Source: Gemmatimonadota bacterium
GTDB taxonomy: Bacteria > Gemmatimonadota > Gemmatimonadetes > Palauibacterales > Palauibacteraceae
Reading direction: 5' to 3'
NCBI GenBank assembly: GCA_039588495.1
Contig: JBDGZR010000014.1
Location: forward strand, 1-58,707
DNA length: 58,707 nt
Shown here: piece after piece, positions 47,147-56,806 of the stretch
Layout: each line of letters opens with the position of its first letter
Numbering within the stretch: the stretch's first letter is position 1
Made by a program: the position numbers and the translations under genes
The notes under the pieces: generated by a model
What the model saw: only the letters and a program-made list of their open reading frames with translations
What the model was told of the DNA's origin: nothing
The model's database searches: none

Positions 47147-47629
47147 ATGGAAACCAAGCCCTTCATGGTGGACGAGCGGGTCCGCTGGTCGGACGTCGAC
47201 TATGCCGGGATCATCTTCTACGGCGCCTACTTTCGATTCTTCGAGTTGGGCGAGATGGAGTTGTTCCGGGCGGCGGGCGTGCCATACAGCGACGTCTTCG
47301 AGCGCTTCGACATCTGGCTGCCGCGGGTGCACCTGGACTGTGATTTCACGTACCCGGCCCGCCTGGACGACGCCTTGAGGGTCGCGGCGTACTTCACGCG
47401 GTTCGGCACGAGCTCGATCTCCATCAAATTCGACGTGCTTCACCTGGGCACGCGCCGGCTCGCCGCCGCCGGTCACGTGGTCCTGGTCTGCACGGGCCGG
47501 GACGAGCTGAAGCCGCGGCCGCTGCCCGGAGAGCTCCGCACCATGCTCGCGCGGTTCGAGATGAGCGAGAGCGCCGCGCGAAGCCACCTCGGCTTGCTCG
47601 AAGGCTCGCCGGGCGCCGAAGAGCAGTAG
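47147..47629 (+). CDS. Acyl-CoA thioesterase (4HBT/YbgC hot-dog fold)
   Basis: ATG at 47147. VRWSDVDYAGIIFYGAYFRFFE is typical of YbgC-type thioesterases. Confidence 0.85.
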   Translation: METKPFMVDERVRWSDVDYAGIIFYGAYFRFFELGEMELFRAAGVPYSDVFERFDIWLPRVHLDCDFTYPARLDDALRVAAYFTRFGTSSISIKFDVLHLGTRRLAAAGHVVLVCTGRDELKPRPLPGELRTMLARFEMSESAARSHLGLLEGSPGAEEQ

Positions 47630-47797
47630 AGACGCGGGGGAGATCCCCCACACCAGATCGGGCAACCCACCCGACACCGGCCTCACGACCTCGTTCGTAC
47701 TTTCTCACCGGCGAGCCGCGCCTGGTATCCTCGCTTCGTTGCTGCTCGTCTAAGAACAGGGGGTTAGATCGAAACCCCTGGCGATAGGAGGGGATGG

Positions 47798-48400
47798 ATG
47801 AGACGCGCAGCATGCATCACGGTTTTTCTCTTCCTGTTGGCGCCCCCGGCTTGGGCGCAGGAGGGAGAGGAGGAGGAGCCGAAGCCCGAGGAGGCAACCC
47901 TCATCTCGGGCGGCATCGATTCGGGAGGCTTCGGTGCCCTCGTTTTCAAGTTCAGCAGCGTGAACGATCAGTTCGCCACGTTCGCAGGAGCACGGGGCGG
48001 GTGGATCATCAACCATCAGTTCGTGATCGGCGCCGGCGGCTACGGCCTCGCGAGCACGATCTGTCTGGACGAGGACGATTCGTGCTTCCTGAGGCAGATC
48101 GAGTTCGGCTACGGCGGTTTCGAGTTCGAGTACATCGGCCTGTGGGACCGAGTGGCGCACTACAGTCTTCAGCTGTTGATCGGCGGCGGTGGGGTCACCC
48201 TGCCCCTACGTGGTTTTCCCTCGGATGGGGTGTTCGTGGCCGAGCCGGCCGCCCGGCTCGAGCTGAACGTGACCAAGTGGTTCCGGCTCAACCTCGGCGC
48301 TGGCTACCGATTCGTGTCCGGATTGGATTTGGCCTCGCTGGAAAACAGCGATCTCAGCGCGTTCACCGGCGTCCTGGAGTTCAAGTTCGGCAGCTTCTGA
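47798..48400 (+). CDS. Small outer-membrane beta-barrel protein
   Basis: GGAGG SD. Signal ITVFLFLLAPPAWAQ. Alternating beta-strand pattern. C-terminal ...LEFKFGSF (terminal Phe). Confidence 0.75.
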   Translation: MRRAACITVFLFLLAPPAWAQEGEEEEPKPEEATLISGGIDSGGFGALVFKFSSVNDQFATFAGARGGWIINHQFVIGAGGYGLASTICLDEDDSCFLRQIEFGYGGFEFEYIGLWDRVAHYSLQLLIGGGGVTLPLRGFPSDGVFVAEPAARLELNVTKWFRLNLGAGYRFVSGLDLASLENSDLSAFTGVLEFKFGSF

Positions 48401-48418
48401 ATGGGCCCCCACTAAGGC

Positions 48419-48847
48419 CTAAGGCTGGACGGTAAACAGAACCGTATCGGCCGCCGGCGGCTCGAGCGGGACGTGAGAGTGGTCTGCCAGCAACGCGATC
48501 ACCCTGTGCTCACCCGGCTCGAGCTCCTCGAGCACGAACTCGGTCTGCCCGCGGCCGAGGTGGAGGATCCCGAGCACGCCCGCGGGGATGGTGTCCCGGA
48601 GCGGTGTGACGTCACGATCCACGAAGAGATGGTGGTGCGCCGTTCCCTCCCGCGGGTCCGAGGCAGGAGCGATCTCCACGCCATGAGCCTGAAGAACCAC
48701 GCGGACGTTCCCATCGGCCAGCACGGCCCGATCCGCCGGCTCGACGATCTGGACGCCGGCGGGCCCGGCGTCGGCGCAGGCGGCAAGCGCCACCACGACC
48801 AGGCTCGCCACCAGAGGTCTCACCTGCGAACACCGACTGACTTCCAC
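48419..48847 (-). CDS. DUF4399-like lipoprotein
   Basis: GTG with AGGAGG 6 nt upstream. Lipobox VVALAAC. GTAHHHLFVD motif. Confidence 0.7.
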   Translation of the reverse strand: MEVSRCSQVRPLVASLVVVALAACADAGPAGVQIVEPADRAVLADGNVRVVLQAHGVEIAPASDPREGTAHHHLFVDRDVTPLRDTIPAGVLGILHLGRGQTEFVLEELEPGEHRVIALLADHSHVPLEPPAADTVLFTVQP

Positions 48848-49044
48848 TAGCTACCTCCTGAGGGATCTTCGACACCCGCCGAAAACCCGATCGATTCGCC
48901 TGCATCGTCGGGCGCCCGGCAGGCAGGCGACCGCGAGGCGGCTACCCGGGGGAGCTCACGCCTGGGAACCAGGGAAATCCCTTCCGTGTTTCCGGAGCGA
49001 CGAGAGCAACGAACACTCGACGACTACATAGTGGAGATAGAACG

Positions 49045-49662
49045 ATGCGAAATCTACTCGCGCTCCCCGGCCTGACCGTAATCGGCCTCGCGGCACTGGG
49101 CGACCTGACCGCGGACACGCGCCCCATCGATTGGAACGTGGACGCCAGACACACCGAGATCAACTTCTCCGTCCGCCATTTCTTCACACCGGTCACCGGT
49201 TCGTTCGGTGACTACGAGATCGATCTCGATTTCGATCCCGAGTATCCCGAGAAGAGCAGCGTACGTGTGAAGATCGCCGTGGCCAGCGTCGACACGGGCA
49301 ACGAGAAGCGGGACGACCATCTGAGATCCGCGGACTGGTTCGACGCGGAGAAGTACGCCTACATGACGTTCGAGAGCAGTTCGGTGAAGCAGGTTGCCGA
49401 GAACCGCTTCCTGGCGAAGGGCACCCTCGCGATCAAGGACGCGAAGCAGCAGATCGAGCTCCCGATCACGTTGCTTGGCGTGCAGGAGATCCCTGAGCAG
49501 ATGCGGGAGATGCTCGGTGGAGTCGGCCGGGTCGCCAGCTTCGAGGCCAAGGCTGAGTTGGACAGACGGGAGTTCGGCGTGGGGGTCGGGAGCTGGGCGG
49601 AGACCGCCATCGTCGGAGCCGGGGTCGACATCACGATCGTCGTCGAAGCGAACCGACCGTAG
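49045..49662 (+). CDS. YceI family (polyisoprenoid-binding) periplasmic protein
   Basis: Signal peptide. HTEINFSVRHFFTPVTGSF and DTGNEKRDDHLRSADWFD motifs. Confidence 0.9.
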   Translation: MRNLLALPGLTVIGLAALGDLTADTRPIDWNVDARHTEINFSVRHFFTPVTGSFGDYEIDLDFDPEYPEKSSVRVKIAVASVDTGNEKRDDHLRSADWFDAEKYAYMTFESSSVKQVAENRFLAKGTLAIKDAKQQIELPITLLGVQEIPEQMREMLGGVGRVASFEAKAELDRREFGVGVGSWAETAIVGAGVDITIVVEANRP

Positions 49663-50034
49663 CTACGACCTGGCCGACCGCAGGCGGAGAGCCCTGGAGC
49701 TCGGGGCTCTCCCCGTCGGCCGATCTTCCCTCCACGCCGCTTCCCTGAACAGGGTGATCTGCCAGACGTGCTCGGGAATGTCGTGCCGAAGGATGTACGT
49801 GTCGCCGCTCGGCGTTCCCACCTTCACGTACTCGTGATCCATGCCTGGCCAACGATCATCGACGCTGGCCACCTCGTGCTCCGCGCCCGCACAGCCGAAG
49901 CGGGTCGGGATGAGAAGGCCCGCCTCTCTGAGACAGGTGACGCACAAACGCGAGGAGATTTCCCCGCACGCGAAGGAGGAATCCTCCCGATTGCAGGGCC
50001 ACTGGTGGTTCTCGTAGATATCGTATTGTCCCAT
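49663..50034 (-). CDS. Cys-rich hypothetical protein
   Basis: The in-frame ATG at 50034 gives MGQYDIYENHQWPCNREDSSFACGEISSRLCVTCL... with G/C3 bias. I recognise no family. The C-terminal tail is low complexity. Confidence 0.5.
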   Translation of the reverse strand: MGQYDIYENHQWPCNREDSSFACGEISSRLCVTCLREAGLLIPTRFGCAGAEHEVASVDDRWPGMDHEYVKVGTPSGDTYILRHDIPEHVWQITLFREAAWREDRPTGRAPSSRALRLRSARS

Positions 50035-50052
50035 AGGAATTGTCCCATAGGA
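50025..50052 (-). repeat. Perfect 14-nt tandem duplication spanning the start codon of the Cys-rich gene
   Basis: ATTGTCCCATAGGA occurs twice (plus strand, 50025-50038 and 50039-50052). On the minus strand this is TCCTATGGGACAAT twice, giving two ATGs (50048 out of frame, 50034 in frame). Confidence 0.9.
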
Positions 50053-50113
50053 AGAGAGTCTGCCTCCGAGCGTGCCCGCGCCTCGGAGGTCGGACACGGG
50101 TGACAGGTGAGAG

Positions 50114-50281
50114 ATGGCCAACTACGACTATCACTGCAAGGACTGCAAGGCGACGTTCACGATCCACGAGGCGATCTCGCGACACACGGGCAGGAAAAGG
50201 CCCAAGTGCCCGAAGTGTGGCGGGCACAGGACGGAGCAGCTCCTCTCGTCGTTCTTCGCGAAGACGAGCTCCAAGAGCTGA
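50114..50281 (+). CDS. FmdB-family zinc-ribbon protein (55 aa), not in the ORF track
   Basis: MANYDYHCKDCKATFTIHEAISRHTGRKRPKCPKCGGHRTEQLLSSFFAKTSSKS. The Y.Y.C..C...F ... CP.CG pattern is typical of the FmdB putative regulatory family. Confidence 0.7.
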   Translation: MANYDYHCKDCKATFTIHEAISRHTGRKRPKCPKCGGHRTEQLLSSFFAKTSSKS

Positions 50282-50318
50282 AGCCGCCCTCTGTAAGGTC
50301 AACCAGGCTCGCTGCGGA

Positions 50319-50621
50319 TCAGAGGTACTCCCGGTCCTGAAGCTCGGCGCAGATCTGCTTCGCCACGACCTCGAGCCGCGCCCGCGCCTTAGGGCTGGAG
50401 GCGGACTGGTTGAGCCAGCTTGCCGGCACGCGGTCGATCTCCGTGTCGTTCGGATCGCACACGCGCACATGCTCTCCTCGAGGGCCCGGGTAGCACGAGA
50501 AGTCCGACCCGGGGCTTCTTTCCGGGCAGACATCCAGGATAGCGCTCTCCAGGAGGTCGATCATCTCGTCGATCGTGAGCTTGCGCGCTGCCACCGGCGG
50601 TAATCCAGAAGCTCCGGTCAA
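50319..50621 (-). CDS. Hypothetical protein
   Basis: 100-aa ORF with coding-like G/C3 bias. No recognisable motifs and the start is uncertain. Confidence 0.35.
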   Translation of the reverse strand: MTGASGLPPVAARKLTIDEMIDLLESAILDVCPERSPGSDFSCYPGPRGEHVRVCDPNDTEIDRVPASWLNQSASSPKARARLEVVAKQICAELQDREYL

Positions 50622-50730
50622 GGGTCCCTACGCCGGCTTAATCTAAGGAGAAACGGCCCGCGGCGCGGCCCGAGCGGCCCCACGAAGGAGGGCCCGCGGC
50701 CGGTCTTTCCGGCTGCGGAGGCCAGGGATC

Positions 50731-51252
50731 TCAGAAGAGCACCCCCCCCGTGAGCACGAACTGCTCGCCGCCGGCGAGCTCGACCCGCAACTCGAAGAAG
50801 GGCAGAACCGGACCCGATCCGAAGGTCGTGCCGCCGAGCAGGTTGAGCCCGAGGTCGGTGTGCGACGACCCGTCTCCTCCGCCCTCCGACCTTCGTGAAG
50901 AATAGGCGATGTTCAACCCGCCGCCCGCGTACGGGGCCACCGCCGTCGTGCCCTCGATCTTGAACCTGTAGGCGACGTTGCCGTTCAGCTCCCAGTAGGT
51001 GCGGCTGTCGCCCGGGCCTTCGTCCGGAAAGAACCAGTCGAAGGCACCGATGATCACAAGCCTGTCGGGGGACCTCAGGTTGGCATGCAGTCGGCCTCCC
51101 AGTCCCAGCTTGGAGCTGCTCCCGTAGCTGAGCTGGGGTCCCAGGCGGATCTGTCGGGTCTGCCGGTCCTGAGCATTCAGCCCCTGAACGCCCGACGCGC
51201 AGGCAACCACCAGGAACATCATGACGGTTCGTCTCACCGTTGGTCTCTCCAT
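50731..51252 (-). CDS. Small outer-membrane beta-barrel protein
   Basis: ATG at 51252. Signal MMFLVVACASGVQGLNAQ. Beta-strand alternation. C-terminal ...VLTGGVLF. Confidence 0.75.
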   Translation of the reverse strand: MERPTVRRTVMMFLVVACASGVQGLNAQDRQTRQIRLGPQLSYGSSSKLGLGGRLHANLRSPDRLVIIGAFDWFFPDEGPGDSRTYWELNGNVAYRFKIEGTTAVAPYAGGGLNIAYSSRRSEGGGDGSSHTDLGLNLLGGTTFGSGPVLPFFELRVELAGGEQFVLTGGVLF

Positions 51253-51482
51253 ATCGGTTGTCGGGCTCGGCTCTCGGTCGGCGATAGGCCCATCAGACCC
51301 ACCGAGCATTCCACAGTGAGGCAACGGACGTGCCTGAGTGCGAAACCTCCTGATACTTCTGTATGTTATTTTTGCATATAGCGTTACATATTTGGAGACC
51401 TGCCGGAAAACCTGGAGGCGGTTACGCGTACTGCCGAGTCTCGTCAAAAAGTGCCGGCCGAGTCGCCGCGACGACTACGGCT

Positions 51483-52511
51483 CTAACGTATCGGCGATTC
51501 AGGCGCGGCCTCCTTGGGCCCGACTGCCTGCCGGCAAAACCGAAGCTCACGCGCGCTCCACGAGATGAGAAGCGGACAGCGGAGAAGGAAGGGTGAGCCG
51601 AGGAGCATCCCGGGACGGTCGTCGAGGCCGAGGCGGCCAAAGATCGGGAGGTCCGCCACTTCGCCATCCAACACCTCGAGGCTCGTCCGGCCTACTCTGA
51701 TCGATGCGATCCGAGCACCGTAGGTGGGGACTTCCTCGGAGCCGATTCCGCGAGACTGCTCGCTCACCGGCTCATCCGTGACCGTGACACCCGTCGCGTC
51801 GGCAGCCGTCGGGTTCAGGAGCAGCACTGGAGAGCCGGAATCCAGCACCGCATCGACGGCCGACCCGTTCACGTGCACCTCGAAGCGAATGATCCCGCGA
51901 CGCACTCGCTCGAACGGCACGGCGTCGTCCGGCCCCACGACCGGTCCACTGTCCTGATCGGTCGTGCCCCGCTTGTAGAGCCTTAGAGCTCGCCCGGGGG
52001 CGTCGATGAGCACGTCGTAGTACTTGAGAAGATCCGAGCCGACGATCCCATCGAATCGATGATCGTCGCCGTCGGCGAGCACTTCATCGCCGAGAACGTA
52101 CTTCTCCCAGCTTCCGGCTCGCGCGTCCCCGAGACGCAGCATCTTGGTCGTCACGACAGGTACCCGGGCCTGGCCGCTCGCGCCGCTCAGCTTCGCCTCC
52201 GCGACAGCCCGCAGCCCGAGTTGCAGCGCCAGGCTTCGGCTGATCGCGCCTGTCGTGGCCCCGGTGTCGAGGATGAAGCGGTAGGTGCGACCCCGCGCTT
52301 CCACCGGGACGATGAGCCACTCGCCGTCCACCTCGATCGGAACCTCGGCGAGGAGCTCGCCCTCCAGGCCGGAAAAGGACTCGATGCCGCCGGCGGCACG
52401 ATAATCCTGCGCACGAACGGGGAGTGCCGAGAGCAGTACGAGGGCCGCGACGATCGCCAGCGTCACGCGTCTGCTGGAGATGTACGTTCGATCGATGCCT
52501 CTCTGCCTCAT
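51483..52511 (-). CDS. Secreted two-domain retropepsin-like aspartyl protease
   Basis: Signal peptide, then two pepsin/retropepsin-type active-site motifs: ILDTGATTGAI and VLDSGSPVLLL. Confidence 0.72.
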   Translation of the reverse strand: MRQRGIDRTYISSRRVTLAIVAALVLLSALPVRAQDYRAAGGIESFSGLEGELLAEVPIEVDGEWLIVPVEARGRTYRFILDTGATTGAISRSLALQLGLRAVAEAKLSGASGQARVPVVTTKMLRLGDARAGSWEKYVLGDEVLADGDDHRFDGIVGSDLLKYYDVLIDAPGRALRLYKRGTTDQDSGPVVGPDDAVPFERVRRGIIRFEVHVNGSAVDAVLDSGSPVLLLNPTAADATGVTVTDEPVSEQSRGIGSEEVPTYGARIASIRVGRTSLEVLDGEVADLPIFGRLGLDDRPGMLLGSPFLLRCPLLISWSARELRFCRQAVGPKEAAPESPIR

Positions 52512-52705
52512 GCCCGTTCGAACGCCTCAAGACCCTGGCGGTTCCATGAGCGTCGCGCCCCACCCGCCTTCGACGAGCGCAAAAAGGAACCAGACAACCC
52601 GGGCGTCAGGCTTTCCACCACAGACCACGCCGCGAATCTCCCTACTGCCCGGGCCGGTCGCTCGAAGTAGCTTTGGGGAGCCGCGGGATCTGCCCGCAGG
52701 ACGCC

Positions 52706-54313
52706 ATGCACGACTTCCTATCGAAACTCCAGCGCTTGCTCGCCGATTTCAGACGCCGGCGAGTGTTTCGCGTCGCCGCCGTCTACGCGGTGGTGGCGTT
52801 CGTGCTCCTCGAGGTCATGGACGCCCTCTTTCCGGCGCTCCTTCTCCCCGATTGGGCGGACACCCTGGTCGCGGTCCTGCTTATCGTCGGCTTCCCGGTC
52901 GCCGTGATCCTGGCATGGGCTTACGACATCACCCCGGAGGGCGTGAAGCGCACCCCGGCCGAGGGTGGATCGGCGCCGACCCTCGATCGGGCGGACGCCT
53001 CTCCGGTGGATACACGAGCCCGCCGAGCGGCGGAATCGATTGCCGTTCTTCCCTTCGTCAACCTGAGCGGAGAGCCGGAGAGCGAGTATCTGAGCGACGG
53101 GATCACGGAAGAGCTCATAAACGCGCTGAACCAGATCGACGGATTGAGGGTCGCCTCCCGAGGCACCTGCTTCCGCTTCAAGGGGAAGACGGCGGACGCG
53201 CGCGAGGTGGGCGCGGAGCTCGGCGTCGATGCGATCCTCGAGGGAAGCGTTCGGAAGAGCGGCGATCGTCTCCGAATCAACGTGCAGCTGGCTAACGCCG
53301 GGGATGGCTTCGACATCTGGTCGGGGAGCTACGATCGACAACTCACGGACATCTTCGAGCTGCAGGACGAGATCTCCCGGTCGATTCTCGACGCTCTGTG
53401 CTGCGAGCTGCCCGGCGGCGAGGGTGCGGCGTTGATCGAAGCGCCGACGGCCGATGTCACCGCGTACGAGTACTACCTCCGCGGCCGGCAGTTCTTCCAC
53501 GAACGCCGGAAGAAGAGCCTTCGATTCGCCAGAGAGATGTTCGAGAAGGCGATCGAGATCGACCCGGACTACGCCCTGGCCCACGCCGGCGTGGCTGACA
53601 GCTGCTCACTTCTCGCCCACTGGTACCAGGACGCGCGGGAGGAGGCGAACATCGGCGTGGCCGACCGGGCGAGCCAGCGGGCGATCGAGCTGGCGCCGGA
53701 CCTCGGGCAGGCCCACGCCTCGCGAGGATTCGCGCTCTACCTCATGGGCCAGCTCGAGGAGGCCCAGAGCGAGTTCGAGACGGCCATCCGGCTCGACCCG
53801 AAGCAGTTCGACGCGCGTTACTTCCAGGCTCGGGCCTGCTACGAGCAGGGCGACATGGAGGGTGCGGCCCGATTGTTCGAGGAGGCGGCAGCGGCGAGAG
53901 AGGATCACGAGGCCCGCTACTTCGCGGCGCAGACATACACGGCCCTCGACAATGCCGAGGAAGCCGAGGCCGCTTACCGGCGCGCTCTCCCCGTCATCGA
54001 GCGGCATCTGGAGCTCAACCCGAACGACGCGCGAGCCTGGACGATGGGCGCCGTGACGCACAGCCGGCTGTCGAACCGGGAGCTGGGCCTCGAGTTCGCG
54101 GAGAGAGCGGAGGAGGTGGACCCGGAGGACGCGGCCGTCTGCTACAACGTGGCTTGTCTGTACGCGCTGGAGGGAGAGGCGGACCGCGCGATCGCCTGTC
54201 TGGAGAAAGCCGCCAGATCGGGATTCGCCCATCCCGAGTGGATCCGGCAGGACCCCGACCTGGACTCCCTGCGAGACGATCCGCGCCTTCAAGCACTCCT
54301 GGATGGGATCTGA
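52706..54313 (+). CDS. Membrane-anchored TolB-like-domain + TPR repeat protein
   Basis: ATG at 52706. N-terminal cytoplasmic helix and a TM segment. IAVLPFVNLSGEPESEYLSDGITEELINAL (TolB-N-like module). C-terminal TPR repeats. Confidence 0.8.
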   Translation: MHDFLSKLQRLLADFRRRRVFRVAAVYAVVAFVLLEVMDALFPALLLPDWADTLVAVLLIVGFPVAVILAWAYDITPEGVKRTPAEGGSAPTLDRADASPVDTRARRAAESIAVLPFVNLSGEPESEYLSDGITEELINALNQIDGLRVASRGTCFRFKGKTADAREVGAELGVDAILEGSVRKSGDRLRINVQLANAGDGFDIWSGSYDRQLTDIFELQDEISRSILDALCCELPGGEGAALIEAPTADVTAYEYYLRGRQFFHERRKKSLRFAREMFEKAIEIDPDYALAHAGVADSCSLLAHWYQDAREEANIGVADRASQRAIELAPDLGQAHASRGFALYLMGQLEEAQSEFETAIRLDPKQFDARYFQARACYEQGDMEGAARLFEEAAAAREDHEARYFAAQTYTALDNAEEAEAAYRRALPVIERHLELNPNDARAWTMGAVTHSRLSNRELGLEFAERAEEVDPEDAAVCYNVACLYALEGEADRAIACLEKAARSGFAHPEWIRQDPDLDSLRDDPRLQALLDGI

Positions 54314-54343
54314 GCGACGGATTCGCCCCGTCGCCAGCCGGAG

Positions 54344-55384
54344 CTACGCCTCCAGCAACACCTCGCGGACCCGGTCGGCGTACACCCGGCTCTCGGCATC
54401 GCCGGTGACCAGCTCGATCGCCTCGGGGCCGCCGACACCCAGATCCAGCTCGACCGCCCGTGCGATCTGCTCCTGCTCGAAGACGGCTCCGCGACTCACC
54501 TCCGGCGTCGTGCCGAAGTAACGCAGGATCGCCACGCCGACGGCGTCCAGCGCGATCCGATCGCTGCTCGCCAGCATCACCTCGCTGTCCACGCGGTGGC
54601 CCTCGTGCGGCCCCCCGTCGACGAAGGCCTCCACGCCATCCAGCAGGACGAGGTCCGGCACGTACTCGGCGTTGATCTCGGCGATCATCAGCCTCTGATC
54701 GGAGGACCTGTGCAGCTCCTTCATGTAGTCGTACGGATCGCCGGGCACCCGCTTGGCGGCGAAGCCCACCGAGTTCTTGAGCGACATGGTGAAGTGCCCA
54801 CCGAACTGGTGGGTCTTGAGGCAGCAGGCCTGGACCACCCCGTCGGCCTCCAGGACCGGACGTGGTAGCGCGAAGCCTCGGCGCCAATGGCTTCCGGGCG
54901 GGTTCACGACCCGCCACCCTGACTCGTCCAGCTCATCGAACACGACCGTGTCGAAGCCGAGCTCCTCGCCCATGCGGAAGGTGGACTTCCGCTCCATCAC
55001 GCCGCGGGTGTCGCCCATTCCGCTGCGGTCCCCGACCGTGATGCGGCCGGCACCCAACGCCTGATAGTGCTCGACGAGAGCTGCCAGCGTGTCGTTGTGC
55101 GTCGAGCCGGGGGTGTCGTGGTGGCTGTTGAAGTTCGGCTTGAGAAAGAGGTTCTTTCCCCGAGCCGTGTCGAGCTCGAGCATCTCAAGCGCTCGGCGGA
55201 CGCCCGTGGCCCGATCCCGGGTCTTGACGAAGGCCACACGCGCGGTGGCGCGCGGCCTGCCTGCGAGATCTGCACGAGGTCGCTCGATCGGCAGGCCGAT
55301 CAGCCCCGAGGCGTCCACGAGTGGCGTGGTGATCGCCACACCTGCCAGCCCGGCCGTTGCCTTTACGAATGCTCGCCGCTCCAT
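54344..55384 (-). CDS. DUF362-domain protein with a twin-arginine signal
   Basis: ATG at 55384 with GGAGGAGACG upstream. MERRAFVKATAGLAGVA Tat motif. DUF362-like core (FLKPNFNS..., LKTHQFGG). Confidence 0.78.
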   Translation of the reverse strand: MERRAFVKATAGLAGVAITTPLVDASGLIGLPIERPRADLAGRPRATARVAFVKTRDRATGVRRALEMLELDTARGKNLFLKPNFNSHHDTPGSTHNDTLAALVEHYQALGAGRITVGDRSGMGDTRGVMERKSTFRMGEELGFDTVVFDELDESGWRVVNPPGSHWRRGFALPRPVLEADGVVQACCLKTHQFGGHFTMSLKNSVGFAAKRVPGDPYDYMKELHRSSDQRLMIAEINAEYVPDLVLLDGVEAFVDGGPHEGHRVDSEVMLASSDRIALDAVGVAILRYFGTTPEVSRGAVFEQEQIARAVELDLGVGGPEAIELVTGDAESRVYADRVREVLLEA

Positions 55385-55498
55385 CGTCTCCTCCACCGGA
55401 TTGCCAACAGGAAGAGCCTGTCCCACAAGCATCCAGGCTAATGTTCTGGCCGGGTTGCGCTAGCGGGAGATCACCGCCGCGACGTGTCCGGAGAACCC

Positions 55499-56806
55499 CT
55501 ACATCTCCGCCCCCTGCTCGATCTCGTCCAGCACCTCGTCCAGTCCGGCCACCAGCTCGTCCGCGTTCTCCCGTGAGAAGACGAGCGGGGGCTTGATCTT
55601 GAGGACGTTCTCGAACGGACCATCCGTGCTGAGGAGAACTCCCCGCTCCTTCATCAGCTCGACTGCCTCCGCGGCCTCTCGCGTGGCCGGCGTGAGCGAC
55701 ACCGGCTTACGCACGAGCTCGATGCCGAGAAAGAGGCCCAAGCCGCGCACATCACCGATCATGGGGTGTCGCTCGGCGAGCGACAGGAGGCTCGTCTTCA
55801 GATGGGCGCCGACCTCGGCCGCATGCACCTGTAGGCCCTCCTCCTCGATCACGTCGAGGACCGCCAGGGCAACGGCGCAGGAGACAGGGTTGCCGCCGAA
55901 CGTATTGAAGTACTCCATCCCGGTGTGGCCCGCCTCGGCGACCCTGTGGGTCGTGACCACGGCGCCGATCGGATGGCCGTTCCCGATCGGCTTGCCGAGG
56001 GTGACGATGTCCGGCACGACCCCCTGTGTCTCGTACGCCCAGAAATGGGTGCCCACGCGGCCGAAGCCCACCTGCACCTCGTCCGCCACGCACACGCCAC
56101 CCGCCTTCCGGACGTGCCCGTAGGCTTCACCGAGATAGCCTTCGGGAAGAACGATCTGGCCAGCACAGCCAAGCATCGACTCGCAGAAGAACGCGGCGAT
56201 CTCCCGTCCGTCGGCGCGCGCTCCGGCGATCTCATCCGCCACGGCGGCCGCGTACCGCGTTGCGATCCCGGGATCCCCGTAACGGTACGGGCCGCGGTAG
56301 CCATCCGGCATCGGCGCAACCCGGACGTGCGCGGGTCTCCCCTCGCCACCGGGCCCGTCGAACTTGTAGGGACTGATCTCGATCAGCCCCGTCGTGTTCC
56401 CGTGGTATGCGCTCTCGACGACGATCACGTCCCGGTGACCGGTGGCGGAACGGGCCAACCTCAAGGCGAGCTCGTTCGCCTCGCTCCCGGAGCAGACGAA
56501 GAAGCAGACCTCGAGATCCCCCGGCATCGTCTCCGTGAGGCGTCGTGCGTACTCGACCAGGTGGTCGTGCAGGTACCGGGTGTTCGTGTTGAGCGTGGCC
56601 ATCTGGCGGGCGGCGGCGTCGACCACCCTGGGGTGGCCGTGCCCGACGTGGCAGACGTTGTTGACGCAATCCAGGTAAGCGCGTCCCTCTTCATCGAAGA
56701 GATACTGCCCCTCGCCGCGGACAATCTTGAGCGGCTCCCGGTATGCGATGCTCAGCGCCCGACCGACGTAGCGCTCCCTGAGCCGAAGGATCTCTTCCGG
56801 TTTCAT
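55499..56806 (-). CDS. Class-III PLP enzyme of the AGXT2L/phospho-lyase type
   Basis: ATG at 56806 overlaps the kinase stop (ATGA); an alternative ATG lies at 56824. [11 protein letters not shown] and [11 protein letters not shown] (PLP Lys). Paired with an APH-fold kinase, as in the hydroxylysine kinase / phosphohydroxylysine phospho-lyase systems. Confidence 0.82.
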   Translation of the reverse strand: MKPEEILRLRERYVGRALSIAYREPLKIVRGEGQYLFDEEGRAYLDCVNNVCHVGHGHPRVVDAAARQMATLNTNTRYLHDHLVEYARRLTETMPGDLEVCFFVCSGSEANELALRLARSATGHRDVIVVESAYHGNTTGLIEISPYKFDGPGGEGRPAHVRVAPMPDGYRGPYRYGDPGIATRYAAAVADEIAGARADGREIAAFFCESMLGCAGQIVLPEGYLGEAYGHVRKAGGVCVADEVQVGFGRVGTHFWAYETQGVVPDIVTLGKPIGNGHPIGAVVTTHRVAEAGHTGMEYFNTFGGNPVSCAVALAVLDVIEEEGLQVHAAEVGAHLKTSLLSLAERHPMIGDVRGLGLFLGIELVRKPVSLTPATREAAEAVELMKERGVLLSTDGPFENVLKIKPPLVFSRENADELVAGLDEVLDEIEQGAEM

